Of a stretch of DNA of 64,000 nucleotides, positions 1 through 9,670 are shown in pieces. The first letter of the stretch is position 1. Each line of letters begins with the position of its first letter. The position numbers and the translations under genes were made by a program. The notes under the pieces were generated by a model that had not been told where the DNA came from, ran no database searches, and saw nothing but the letters and a program-made list of their open reading frames with translations. The stretch lies in sequence record PQ451753.1; one strand, written 5' to 3'.

Positions 1-1
1 A

Positions 2-703
2 CACTACAAAGCGACAACATTGGAAATTGATGGCTCGTACAGTGTGAAACTCTTCGTAGTGCCACGTTGGCTAGATGTCGACCGTGGTTACCGCTTAGAT
101 TACTACTTGTATGATCTTGAACGTGGTAACGTGTTCTACGCAACACCTCACGTATCGGCTGGTGAAAACAGCGAAGTCTTTGACCCTAAACTATACAACT
201 ACAAACAGCGTCTTATCGTTCGTGTAGACTTGTCTCAGGTCAGTCAGACATACAACGCACATATCCACCCTCAATCGTTCCACATCTCGCTACAAGCGCC
301 GGGGAATGAGAACCGCACTAACTTCTTGATTGATTACATTCATGATGGTGAAACGTACGGTGAGGACATCTCTGCACAATTCCACTACAGTAACGCCAAC
401 TTCTGGTTGCTGAACGTCTCCTGTGGTGCGAAGAGTAAAGCGGAATGGTTAACGCGTTTGTACTATAATTCGTACCCGCTGTTTGACCGTCGCTCTGAAA
501 GTGAGGCTCCTGAACCAACGCACTTTGAAGTGCATGTTGGTGAAGAAGTTTACACACTGCCAGTGGATGGTTGGATGAATGACTTTAACATTGACTTCCA
601 AGTTGATGAGGGTCAGTTAATCATGATCCGTTGGATTCGCCGCACGCCTCAAGACGAGTTGCATCTTGCACTATCTCCAATGTTAGCGCACCAGAAGCAA
701 TAA
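2..703 (+). CDS. Conserved virion structural protein (phiKZ gp26-like), 5'-truncated by the window edge
   Basis: Frame is open from position 2; lies immediately upstream of terminase as in phiKZ-like phages (synteny recalled, not searched). Confidence 0.5.
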   Translation, partial: HYKATTLEIDGSYSVKLFVVPRWLDVDRGYRLDYYLYDLERGNVFYATPHVSAGENSEVFDPKLYNYKQRLIVRVDLSQVSQTYNAHIHPQSFHISLQAPGNENRTNFLIDYIHDGETYGEDISAQFHYSNANFWLLNVSCGAKSKAEWLTRLYYNSYPLFDRRSESEAPEPTHFEVHVGEEVYTLPVDGWMNDFNIDFQVDEGQLIMIRWIRRTPQDELHLALSPMLAHQKQ

Positions 704-762
704 TGTGAATAGATCTGTGGGTGTGAAAGCACCCACTTCTACCTTTGCATTGGAGAACAATC

Positions 763-2883
763 ATGATTTTAAGAGAGAGTGATTGGAAAAGACCTGAGTA
801 TCGAAATGCCATTGTGCACTTTAAAACTAAGAATAAATCTTTTCTAAAACTTGCCTACATACAGAAACAAATGGGTGTTAAGCATTGGTACTGCTGTTTA
901 GCATTAACCCAACCTGACTTAGAAGATATTGATCCACACGATCCAAATCACGACATCGAAACCAAAACAAAAATCGCGTATGAGATGTTTATCAACCCAT
1001 GGTATTACTTCCGCGAGATATCAAGAGTACCTCAAGAAGGTGCTGACCCAGTCGCATTTAAAATACACCGTGGTTCATTCGCACTGATTTGGACTTTCTT
1101 TAACAACATTGATATTGCTTTGCTACTGATTCGTCAGCAAGGTAAAACGGTGGTACTTGCAGCTCTGCTTGTTTATCTTAAACGCATTCTGAAAAACTCA
1201 CGTACTATCTTGATTACGAAAGATACTGGCCTGCGCTCAGAAACCATCGATAAGATGAAGAAGATGCGGGACGCACTCCCCAAGTACTTGTGGTTACATG
1301 CAAGGAACGATGCGGATAACAGTGAAATCTTTACGTACATGAACCGCAACAATAAACTCATCACAGCTATCGCTCAGTCTAACATGGCGTCTGCACAGAA
1401 CGCAGGTCGTGGTTTGACATCGGCTCGACTGTTCAGCGATGAGTGCGCGTTTACACGTTACATCCGTGCTATGCTTCCGGCTGCTCTAGCATCTGGTACA
1501 ACAGCACGTCGAATTGCAGAAGAAGAAGGTGTTCCTTACGGCAACGTGTTCACTACAACACCGGGTAAGCGTGATGAACCAGATGGTAAGTACATCTATG
1601 ACTTATTCCATGATGGCTATTACTGGGATGATAAATTAATCGACATCCCGACACGCGAAGGTTTGATTGAACTGATTCGTGCTAACTCAAAAGGTGACCG
1701 TGTGTTACTACACGCACCATTTAACCACCGTCAGTTAGGTATGACTGACCTGGAGTTGTACGATGCAATGGCGAACGCCTCAGGTACGCGTGAAGAGAAA
1801 CTGCGTGACTTCGGTCTACAGTGGACAGCGGGTTCCCTATCTTCACCATTAACCGTAGATGAATCTAAGATGGTTCGTGAAAGTGTAGTTGACCCAATTC
1901 CACATCATGAAATCTTCCCGAACAACTACTGTCTGAAATGGTACTATCCGGAAGACCACATCAAAGAGAAGTTACAGAAAAAACACATCATCGGTCTAGA
2001 TACCTCCGATGCCGTTGGTCGAGATAACATCTCGTTGGTTATGACCAACAGTGAGACATTGGAAACTGCATGTACTGCGGTTATCAATGAAAGTAACTTA
2101 ATCGTCTTCGCAAACTGGGTAGCTGAAATCTTAGTTAAGTATCCAAACACTATCTTGGTTATTGAGCGTAAGTCTTCTGCCCCAACTATCATCGACTCAT
2201 TATTAATCACACTGCCTGCGAAAGGGATCGAACCCACTCGACGTATCTTCAATCAGGTCGTCCAGAATCGAGACAGTGATGATCCGGATTTAAAAGAGTT
2301 CAAAAAGAGTACCCGTCCACGAGACGAACGTTTTTACGAGATTTATCGTAAGTACTTCGGATTCGTGACAACTGGTGCATCCCGTAAGCTCCTCTACGGG
2401 GAAGTTCTCCAAACTGCTGTTCGTATGGCTGGTGACAAAGTCAAGGACAAGGAGTTGGCGAACGAGCTGCTCGCTTTGGTTGTTAAAGATGGTCGTATTG
2501 ACCACAAAGCAAGTGGCAATGACGATACTGTAATTGCATGGCTATTAAGCTGTTGGTTTATGCTGTTCGGTAAGCGTCTAGATTACTATGGTGTATCTAA
2601 CCGCATTCTGATGAAACGTCATCACGTGACTGAAGATGGTGAGATATTCGATAGTGAGGAGTACGAGCAAGAACAGGTTGCTCAAGAACTTCTATCGGAA
2701 GAGATTGACAATTTATGTTCTCGCATCGCATCGAACCGCAACCCATTCACGAAAACCGTACTAGAGCGTGAACTACGAGTTAAACTGGCCAAACTACAAC
2801 TCGACACGTCTCAAGCTACGACTGTGGGTGAGCTGCAAGAACTTATCCGTAACGAAAAACTACAGTCGAGGTATCTGCGATGA
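763..2883 (+). CDS. terL: Terminase large subunit (phiKZ gp25-like)
   Basis: ATPase motifs IRQQGKT and LFSDE; RNase H-like nuclease motifs IIGLDTS and NDDTVIA; GGAGA RBS before ATG 763. Confidence 0.9.
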   Translation: MILRESDWKRPEYRNAIVHFKTKNKSFLKLAYIQKQMGVKHWYCCLALTQPDLEDIDPHDPNHDIETKTKIAYEMFINPWYYFREISRVPQEGADPVAFKIHRGSFALIWTFFNNIDIALLLIRQQGKTVVLAALLVYLKRILKNSRTILITKDTGLRSETIDKMKKMRDALPKYLWLHARNDADNSEIFTYMNRNNKLITAIAQSNMASAQNAGRGLTSARLFSDECAFTRYIRAMLPAALASGTTARRIAEEEGVPYGNVFTTTPGKRDEPDGKYIYDLFHDGYYWDDKLIDIPTREGLIELIRANSKGDRVLLHAPFNHRQLGMTDLELYDAMANASGTREEKLRDFGLQWTAGSLSSPLTVDESKMVRESVVDPIPHHEIFPNNYCLKWYYPEDHIKEKLQKKHIIGLDTSDAVGRDNISLVMTNSETLETACTAVINESNLIVFANWVAEILVKYPNTILVIERKSSAPTIIDSLLITLPAKGIEPTRRIFNQVVQNRDSDDPDLKEFKKSTRPRDERFYEIYRKYFGFVTTGASRKLLYGEVLQTAVRMAGDKVKDKELANELLALVVKDGRIDHKASGNDDTVIAWLLSCWFMLFGKRLDYYGVSNRILMKRHHVTEDGEIFDSEEYEQEQVAQELLSEEIDNLCSRIASNRNPFTKTVLERELRVKLAKLQLDTSQATTVGELQELIRNEKLQSRYLR

Positions 2884-3089
2884 CACAAGCGTTCATCCTT
2901 ATCATTAACCTACTTGTCCTCTGCATTGGAGGACATATCTGGAAAGGCTTAAAAGCCATTTATAAAAGTAAGGGGTTACGTGCTTGCATGCCCTATAGCT
3001 TTGGTTCACTACTACTGTTAGGCAGTGGTTCAGTGATGGCAAATACGTTCTTACTACAAGTGGCTGAGCTATCACAGGCGGCACCATAA
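2880..3089 (+). CDS. Small membrane protein
   Basis: 69 aa with two hydrophobic segments; ATGA overlap with the terminase stop. Confidence 0.6.
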   Translation: MTQAFILIINLLVLCIGGHIWKGLKAIYKSKGLRACMPYSFGSLLLLGSGSVMANTFLLQVAELSQAAP

Positions 3090-3185
3090 GTTCAAAGGGG
3101 GAATACGGCAGCGTTGGATCTTTTATTCTTCGCTGCCGTACTGTAAAAAATTATTGTAGATCAATTGTTTATGCAGGAGGTATTC

Positions 3186-3338
3186 ATGCATGAACTACTA
3201 CTTGCGTTTATCGTTCTTCTCTTAATAGGGTGGGAAGTTCGTGTTTTAGGAATTGCCGAGCGCAACGGCACATTGCGTATTCCTAAGAAGAGCCCATTAG
3301 GTTCTTCATGGTCGACCCACAGCTTTGGACTGTGTTAG
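3186..3338 (+). CDS. 50-aa hydrophobic peptide (MHELLLAFIVLLLIGWEVRVLG...), not in the ORF track
   Basis: Strong RBS AGGAGGT at 3175-3181; N-terminal TM-like helix; read manually, stop TAG at 3336-3338. Confidence 0.55.
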   Translation: MHELLLAFIVLLLIGWEVRVLGIAERNGTLRIPKKSPLGSSWSTHSFGLC

Positions 3339-3472
3339 TTGATTATAACCCTATTACTACAATTTGGAAAAAGCTAAACGCTTTAAGTAGCGCTTCAATC
3401 GAAGTCGGCAATGACGCCCACTGGTACCCGGACTGATGCTTCATTAACACTATGCTATAGATGTTAACAAGC

Positions 3473-3500
3473 GGATGTCCGGTACATCCTTTCTTTTTTT
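3473..3500 (+). terminator. Intrinsic terminator overlapping an alternative long hairpin
   Basis: GGATGT/ACATCC stem followed by a T-tract. Confidence 0.7.
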
Positions 3501-3525
3501 TGTTTCCAGAATAAAAATTTATTCA

Positions 3526-3544
3526 GATATATATCATCTAAGTG
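3526..3544 (+). promoter_or_regulatory. Putative early (virion RNAP) promoter, copy 1
   Basis: GATATATATCATCTAAGTG matches a 19-nt motif repeated upstream of six operons. Confidence 0.65.
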
Positions 3545-3579
3545 GACAATCAATCAAAAACCTTTAATGGGAGATAATC

Positions 3580-4332
3580 ATGAAAACTTTATTTGATAAA
3601 ATATCTGCAATCGTAGCCGAGCATTCTGAATACAAAGTACTTGATAAAAATGATGTAGCGAAAACTATATCGGATGACTTTGGTATGCTGCCGTTGTATG
3701 TTGAAAAGGACGGTGAGGTTTACTACAGTGTCATTTGCTACAGTGAGAGTTATCAGAGGTTTAACATTCCTGGAAGTGTTATGTCGAACTTACTTGGAGA
3801 TATGGGTAAGCCTGTTAACTACTGTGGTTCTATTTATGTCAATGACATTTATAGTCATATGGACGACGATAGCGTTCAGCAAATACTTGGGAGTGCTGAG
3901 TGCGTTTTAATACAAACCTTTGATGCTGATAAAGAGTTTAGTGAACGTACTATTCTAAATAAGCGCGCTTGGGGTGTTCGATTCGGGCACGAAATGTTCC
4001 AATTTGAATTGACTACAGATCCAACTTCACTTCTAGTTAGTAAGAGAAAATTACTAACGGGCATGTTCGAGATAAATAAAGATCTGGGTTCTATTGTTAT
4101 TACCGAGATGGAAGAATTTGGCGAAATATGTCCTACATTAACGATTGACTTAATTAAGAGATTAAGCGACGCGTGGAGTGGTGGGAAAGTATCAATTGAA
4201 TATACTAGCATTGGCATCATGCAGGTTTATGCCTCTAGCGTAATTAAATGGCAAGAGCAACACAAAGAGTTCAGTGCGGTTGAAGTTATCATTGCTGATG
4301 ATTACACTAAATATCTAACAATTACACTTTAA
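3580..4332 (+). CDS. Hypothetical early protein
   Basis: 250-aa ORF, GGGAGAT RBS, follows the promoter motif. Confidence 0.8.
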   Translation: MKTLFDKISAIVAEHSEYKVLDKNDVAKTISDDFGMLPLYVEKDGEVYYSVICYSESYQRFNIPGSVMSNLLGDMGKPVNYCGSIYVNDIYSHMDDDSVQQILGSAECVLIQTFDADKEFSERTILNKRAWGVRFGHEMFQFELTTDPTSLLVSKRKLLTGMFEINKDLGSIVITEMEEFGEICPTLTIDLIKRLSDAWSGGKVSIEYTSIGIMQVYASSVIKWQEQHKEFSAVEVIIADDYTKYLTITL

Positions 4333-4347
4333 TGGGAGATAAAAAAA

Positions 4348-4908
4348 ATGAACAAAGTAACTTTAGAAATTCGCGAAGGTAAACTACGTCCAATCTACAA
4401 CGGTGAAATCGTTGACCAACGTCACAACCTACTATTCGAATTGGATATCGCGTTAGGTAACCTTCCACCATCACCATGTCGCGGTGACGATGGTACAATC
4501 AATATTGAAGATGCAGTAGGCTACGTATTCATCAACATTGAAGATCGCCGTCAACGTTGTATGGCACACCAAGCAGAGTACCGTGAGGTATTGCAGCAAC
4601 TTAAAGCTGAAGTACTTAAGTTCTACCACGAGTACAAAACTGACCCAACTGAATACCACTTGGATTACATGTTGGAGGCAGCTAAACGTAATGGCGTTAA
4701 ATCAGTCTACCTTGACATGTTCTACGAAGGTAAGATATCACGTAACGATTTGAAAACTTGTTTCCTACGTGGTTCTTGTTCAACAATCGATCCGTCAATC
4801 TTCAGCGACCCATCACCTAAAGGCTTTGCAGTACCACCTGCACCGGAAGCGCCAGCTGAGCCTGAATGTCAAACCTCTCACGAAAACTACGGCAAGGAGT
4901 CTAAGTAA
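4348..4908 (+). CDS. Hypothetical protein with Pro/Glu-rich C-terminus
   Basis: 186-aa ORF, GGGAGAT RBS. Confidence 0.8.
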   Translation: MNKVTLEIREGKLRPIYNGEIVDQRHNLLFELDIALGNLPPSPCRGDDGTINIEDAVGYVFINIEDRRQRCMAHQAEYREVLQQLKAEVLKFYHEYKTDPTEYHLDYMLEAAKRNGVKSVYLDMFYEGKISRNDLKTCFLRGSCSTIDPSIFSDPSPKGFAVPPAPEAPAEPECQTSHENYGKESK

Positions 4909-5168
4909 TGGATAATCTAACACTGAACCAAGAAGAGCATAACGTTATTGACTTAAAACGCATGGGTGAGCTAGAAGGCATTTTACTAGACAATGGCGAA
5001 GATAGCGATGAGTGGTTCGCCGCTAAAGAAGAACTGCTTGATATGTTAGATTCAATTGAAGATGCTACAGCACCGATTACGGATAAATCACTTAACTATG
5101 AAGAGCAGCAAGCGATTCTAAGTCTTGCTAAAACTGGTTTACTATTCACAGCTAAACCTGAAGAATAA
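4908..5168 (+). CDS. Small acidic hypothetical protein
   Basis: TAATG coupling to the upstream gene; AAGGAG RBS. Confidence 0.75.
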   Translation: MDNLTLNQEEHNVIDLKRMGELEGILLDNGEDSDEWFAAKEELLDMLDSIEDATAPITDKSLNYEEQQAILSLAKTGLLFTAKPEE

Positions 5169-5193
5169 ACAATCATTAATTGGGAGATAAGAA

Positions 5194-5571
5194 ATGAACT
5201 GGTTCGTACATGGTACAAATAAAACAATCACTGAAGAATGGGATCACTGTGAGCATTTGAAAGTGGGTCAGGTTGCACCTTACATGGTCGGTGAGCAAGA
5301 CTCGTTCGGCCCTGTGTCGCGCATGGGTATGTGTCAGGAGTGTTACGATAAGCATAAGGCTGAGCAGGACGAAGAGCTAGAGTACTGTCATGACTGTGGG
5401 CAGGAAAAGCCTATGAAGGAAATGCGGGAGTGGCGTTGGTACGATTTTTATGCACCCCAGGGCGATGAACCACTGATGATTTGCGATGACTGTGCCGTCA
5501 AAGACAAACACAAAGAACGAGTGCGTAGAGACAATGAAGCGTACGAACGTGAAATGGGCGATGAGTATTAA
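5194..5571 (+). CDS. Zn-finger-like hypothetical protein
   Basis: CQEC, CHDC and CDDC pairs; GGGAGAT RBS. Confidence 0.7.
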   Translation: MNWFVHGTNKTITEEWDHCEHLKVGQVAPYMVGEQDSFGPVSRMGMCQECYDKHKAEQDEELEYCHDCGQEKPMKEMREWRWYDFYAPQGDEPLMICDDCAVKDKHKERVRRDNEAYEREMGDEY

Positions 5572-5573
5572 TT

Positions 5574-5867
5574 ATGTTACGCACATGGGATTTAGGTGGC
5601 AAGCGGGCTGGATGGAAGCGTCACGAGTACAAACACTTATCTAGCCTATCAATTTCAATTCGTTTCGATTATGATAATCTTGAAGACAGTTCGGTACGTA
5701 CATCTCATACCGACGACGGTTACGAGTCGTTCAAAATTGACTACGCGGAAATACAATGGATTGAAAAACAAATTGATGCAGCGTTAGAAATGAAAGCACG
5801 TACTATTAGATTAACAATAACTGTTAGTGATGGTCGTGTAGAGAAACGTTGTAATATTAGAGCTTAA
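5574..5867 (+). CDS. Hypothetical protein
   Basis: 97-aa ORF filling the gap in the operon. Confidence 0.65.
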   Translation: MLRTWDLGGKRAGWKRHEYKHLSSLSISIRFDYDNLEDSSVRTSHTDDGYESFKIDYAEIQWIEKQIDAALEMKARTIRLTITVSDGRVEKRCNIRA

Positions 5868-5879
5868 TTGGGAGTTAAC

Positions 5880-6413
5880 ATGAAAGACAAAGTAGAAACA
5901 ATCATTCAGGGCAAACGCTTTGTAGTGCGTGCAGTAAAACTACATGACGATAATGTCGGGTTCCATATCTACGATTACCCGGACATCAATGGTCTGCCTG
6001 AATCACGTGTAACTAAGTTGGCGCAAGAGTTTGGTTTGGAGAACAGTAAGAACTTTATCTGGTATGGTAAAGACCACTTCGAGCGCCTTCAAGCCGAGGC
6101 TAATCAGAAACGCACTGGTATGTCTGGACGTTCAGTCATCTCTGAGCTAACTAAGAGTACATCACCGTATGAACACCACATTCCGTTTGCGCGTATCTCG
6201 CACATACTGGGTGATCACTTCCGTGGGGTTAATCCATTGGAAGACGATGTACTGAGACAAATCATCGAGCACACACAACAACACGTAGAACGACGCGGTA
6301 AAGAAGTTGCACATCAAGGGCATTCAATGTCTATCAATGAGCAGCGTTACGTATTGGGCATTCTACGCAGTGTGTTGCCTGCACTGATTCCAGTTACGGC
6401 TGAAGAGAAATAA
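5880..6413 (+). CDS. Hypothetical protein
   Basis: GGGAG RBS before ATG 5880; ends at a terminator. Confidence 0.75.
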   Translation: MKDKVETIIQGKRFVVRAVKLHDDNVGFHIYDYPDINGLPESRVTKLAQEFGLENSKNFIWYGKDHFERLQAEANQKRTGMSGRSVISELTKSTSPYEHHIPFARISHILGDHFRGVNPLEDDVLRQIIEHTQQHVERRGKEVAHQGHSMSINEQRYVLGILRSVLPALIPVTAEEK

Positions 6414-6447
6414 AAGAGGAGGGCTTAGCCCTCCTTTTCTTTTTTTT
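6414..6447. terminator. Bidirectional intrinsic terminator
   Basis: GAGGAGGGC-TTA-GCCCTCCTT plus T-tract, between convergent genes. Confidence 0.85.
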
Positions 6448-6450
6448 GTT

Positions 6451-7770
6451 TTACGTGTAAACGTTAGCTGATAACGCACGTAGTAAGAAGTACAACATTA
6501 ATGCAGTACGTACTGATGCAAGTGCAGAACTTGCACGCAGTGCGCTATGACGCTTTGCATACTTCTCAATACGGCTACGTAGACTTAGTAGTCGAGGGTC
6601 AGTCGATTTAGATGACATGTACAGGGCACGCATCTTGTTTAAGATAAAACCAACATCGTGGAAACGGATACGTTCGCGAGCGATATAATCAAACGCATGC
6701 ATCAGTGTGTCTTCCATGATGGCTTCCACTTCATCACGCTTCTTACCTGTTGGTGTACGCGCAATAGAACGGAGGATATCTAACAGTGACTGTCGTGAGG
6801 TGGTTGACATTACATCGAGTACCACATCCACTAACTCTAATTTGATAAAGCTAGCGTCGTTACCTGCAACATCGAGAAGATACGTCTTCGCATTGTTATA
6901 GGCACTGACTTGGTCACGAATGATCTTGTCTCCATCCAACACTACTGTATTAGACGTGGTTTCAATACGCAAGTTCCCTGAACGAACACGGTCAAGGATT
7001 TTGTATTGGTCTTTAATCGACTTACGGACACGAGTTGACATATCCGTTACGACGTACATGATACGTTCATCATCATCGAACTTAACTAAGTCACGATAGT
7101 GCTTACCGTCTTTCGAAAGGAATGACTCTGCACGCCACTTTAACACTTCACCCCAACTACCTAGTCGCTTAATAGCAAACTTCATTGTCAGAGCGCTATA
7201 GACGGCTTCTGCTGCCTCATTGTCCACAGGTTTATCAAAGTAGTGCGTGTAGATTGATGATAGGAAACGGAACTGAAGCATAACTAACGCTTCGACCATT
7301 GCTTCCTTTACAATCTTGTCACGTGGGTTGAGTTCATCGATACATTTATGAATGAACCAAACGACAGACAGGTTGAAAGCATCCCCTGCAACTTTCCAGT
7401 CTTTGTTCACTGCCTTAACTGAGTGGATACACTCTTGTAAGTAAGCTTCATCAATCTGGAGTACTTCATCGAACCATCTGTCACGGTCATTATCGTACCA
7501 ACGAATACGATCAACACCCATTAAGTTACCACCAAAAAACGACAAGTGCTCACCGCGTGACGCAATAGACTTGCTATAATTTATCACACGCTTGCACATA
7601 CTAATGGTGGGACTTGTTCCTTCCACGGCTTTTATGAACGCATCACGAATTGACGGAATACGTCCGTCATCTGAGTTAGCTTCTAAACCAACAATCGGCA
7701 TCGTACCCACTTCTTGGGCGAGCGCAATCATGGCTAGAGTCGCTTTATTGAATTCCATAAGGACTCCCAT
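6451..7770 (-). CDS. Conserved chimallivirus virion protein (phiKZ gp32-like)
   Basis: 439 aa; VGLEAN protease-type site near the N-terminus; FFGGNLMGV..RW...DRD.WF block recalled from this family. Confidence 0.55.
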   Translation of the reverse strand: MGVLMEFNKATLAMIALAQEVGTMPIVGLEANSDDGRIPSIRDAFIKAVEGTSPTISMCKRVINYSKSIASRGEHLSFFGGNLMGVDRIRWYDNDRDRWFDEVLQIDEAYLQECIHSVKAVNKDWKVAGDAFNLSVVWFIHKCIDELNPRDKIVKEAMVEALVMLQFRFLSSIYTHYFDKPVDNEAAEAVYSALTMKFAIKRLGSWGEVLKWRAESFLSKDGKHYRDLVKFDDDERIMYVVTDMSTRVRKSIKDQYKILDRVRSGNLRIETTSNTVVLDGDKIIRDQVSAYNNAKTYLLDVAGNDASFIKLELVDVVLDVMSTTSRQSLLDILRSIARTPTGKKRDEVEAIMEDTLMHAFDYIARERIRFHDVGFILNKMRALYMSSKSTDPRLLSLRSRIEKYAKRHSALRASSALASVRTALMLYFLLRALSANVYT

Positions 7771-7818
7771 AGTTGTGATACAGAGGATTTACAGCCACAC
7801 CTATCCTAAATAGGTTCA

Positions 7819-7837
7819 GTTATATTTCATTAATGTG
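7819..7837 (+). promoter_or_regulatory. Putative early promoter, copy 2
   Basis: GTTATATTTCATTAATGTG. Confidence 0.65.
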
Positions 7838-7875
7838 ATATATCAACCACCCGTTCAATTATTAAGGAGATTACC

Positions 7876-8640
7876 ATGCAACTAGAAAGACGGGCAACAC
7901 TAAACAGGCACATCGAAACTAACCAGATTATTCTCGATGGTGGCAAGATTAAAGCATTTGCAATGAAGACCGGAGCACTATGCCGTATACATAAAACTGG
8001 TAACATCATTAACATGAAGAACGGCAAGACTCGTTTCTGTAATGATGACTTAAGCAAGTACTTATACGAACAAGGTGTTCGTGGCGATTTTCTTATCCAC
8101 CACAAGACCCAAACATTCGGTGTACCGAAGTGGCTAACATTCAGTCAGTACAATCGTCCATTCGAAGAATGGTCGCAACACATTGAGATATACACGCTCG
8201 ATGGATTGGAAAAGGAAGATTCTAATATTCCAATCAAACCATTAAAGACCTTCCATGTAAGTCTCGACGATATTAAAGAAACCGTCGATGAGTTATCAGA
8301 AGACGCTACCTTTGATGGTTTGATACTGACCGCAGCCACATTCGACAACCAAAACAAATGGTACCAAGTATTGCCCACTCGATATTGCAATGGCCGCATC
8401 GTTGATTACAATTTCAACGACGGTGATGAGGACTATGTCATTGTAGAGATTCACCACGAAGGTGAAATGTATCGCACTAAAATCTGTAAGTTCACAAAGA
8501 CCATGTCAAGTGACTTGCAGGAATATGGCGACGCTGTACTTAACCGCAATCTTAAAATTCAATACAGTGCCTTTATCCCAGGCGACCGCTTAGAGAACTT
8601 CTCAAGCCCATACGCACTGTATCTAATTAACCGCCCATAA
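7876..8640 (+). CDS. Degenerate ATP-dependent DNA ligase-like protein (nucleotidyltransferase + OB fold)
   Basis: Eroded motifs in ligase order: MKTGALCR (I), RGDFL (III), IYTLD (IIIa), FDGLIL (IV), KWYQV (V), then OB-like LNRNLKIQY...F..P. Confidence 0.5.
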   Translation: MQLERRATLNRHIETNQIILDGGKIKAFAMKTGALCRIHKTGNIINMKNGKTRFCNDDLSKYLYEQGVRGDFLIHHKTQTFGVPKWLTFSQYNRPFEEWSQHIEIYTLDGLEKEDSNIPIKPLKTFHVSLDDIKETVDELSEDATFDGLILTAATFDNQNKWYQVLPTRYCNGRIVDYNFNDGDEDYVIVEIHHEGEMYRTKICKFTKTMSSDLQEYGDAVLNRNLKIQYSAFIPGDRLENFSSPYALYLINRP

Positions 8641-8649
8641 GGAGACATT

Positions 8650-9054
8650 ATGGATCTTTCATTAACACGTCTAAACCGTGGTCAAGTCCAAGTTCAGGGT
8701 GAGTTTCTCAACTTCACAATCTCAGACGAAGGTTTCAACCAACGTCTGATGGACTTAAAAGGACATCCTAAATCAGGTGACTATGTCATCCATCTACGCA
8801 TCACTGATGACGTGGGTAATGTAAGCGAACGTCTGTACGCTATTGAGTCTAAGTTCACCTACAAGTTCCTAAACCGCATCACGCTTCGTAAAGCATTACA
8901 AAATGTATTCAAGCTATACGATGTCGAAGTCATCAACGCAGGTCTATACTTCAGTACGCTGAACGCAGCTTATGTGCATAAGTCAGTAGTACGTATCGAC
9001 AACCAAGCATCTAATGATAAAGAGCTGTATGTAAAGGAGCTTAGAGCAGCATGA
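8650..9054 (+). CDS. Hypothetical protein
   Basis: 134 aa, AAGGAG RBS. Confidence 0.75.
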   Translation: MDLSLTRLNRGQVQVQGEFLNFTISDEGFNQRLMDLKGHPKSGDYVIHLRITDDVGNVSERLYAIESKFTYKFLNRITLRKALQNVFKLYDVEVINAGLYFSTLNAAYVHKSVVRIDNQASNDKELYVKELRAA

Positions 9055-9314
9055 TCATGCACTATATTGAACTGGCATTAATCTTTGTACTCGCCTTAGT
9101 TATCTACTGGGAACTACTTGAACTTAAAGGTCAAGAATACGGCCCAGTCTTGACAGCATTACGTGTGCTGCCAGTTCTATTTATGCCTGTACTCGCGATG
9201 GCGTATCTTGGATGGTACGCCAATTCCAAAACTGAACGTAAGAAGTTTAAGATGCCAATTAACGTTGGCTTCTTCATTGTTATTGCAGCGTACTTCCTGT
9301 ACTACTTTTATTAG
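9051..9314 (+). CDS. Small multi-pass membrane protein
   Basis: 87 aa with 3 hydrophobic segments; ATGA overlap. Confidence 0.7.
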   Translation: MIMHYIELALIFVLALVIYWELLELKGQEYGPVLTALRVLPVLFMPVLAMAYLGWYANSKTERKKFKMPINVGFFIVIAAYFLYYFY

Positions 9315-9323
9315 GAGCTCATC

Positions 9324-9611
9324 ATGAAATATTTCAACCTCACCAGCGTCCCTGTAAGCGGCTATGAGATGGTTGCAGGTTTACCTAATGAACTAGGTGA
9401 CCGATTAACCGAATACCTCTCACGTGGCTTTGAGAAGGATGCTGTGAGCCTTTCAGTATTGATGGACAACGCAGGTATCAAAGGTTTTATCATTGACCCT
9501 ATTCATACGCCAGATACAACCAAACATATCTTACGTAAAGTAAGCCAACTACGCGGCAGCTGCGCAGCATTCTCAGTGAGTGCTGGTCAGTTGGTTCCCG
9601 CAACCCAGTAA
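9324..9611 (+). CDS. Hypothetical protein
   Basis: 95 aa, AGGAG RBS. Confidence 0.7.
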   Translation: MKYFNLTSVPVSGYEMVAGLPNELGDRLTEYLSRGFEKDAVSLSVLMDNAGIKGFIIDPIHTPDTTKHILRKVSQLRGSCAAFSVSAGQLVPATQ

Positions 9612-9627
9612 CGTGAGTGGTACTTTT

Positions 9628-9652
9628 GGGGGTCTTCGGACCCTCTTTTTTT
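9628..9652 (+). terminator. Intrinsic terminator
   Basis: GGGGGTC-TTCG-GACCCTC with C(UUCG)G loop and T7 tract. Confidence 0.85.
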
Positions 9653-9670
9653 GTGTCGGCAAATAAAACT

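Noticed and set aside
717-740. GAAA hairpin upstream of terminase as a terminator
   Set aside because: Good stem but no U-tract; function unsupported
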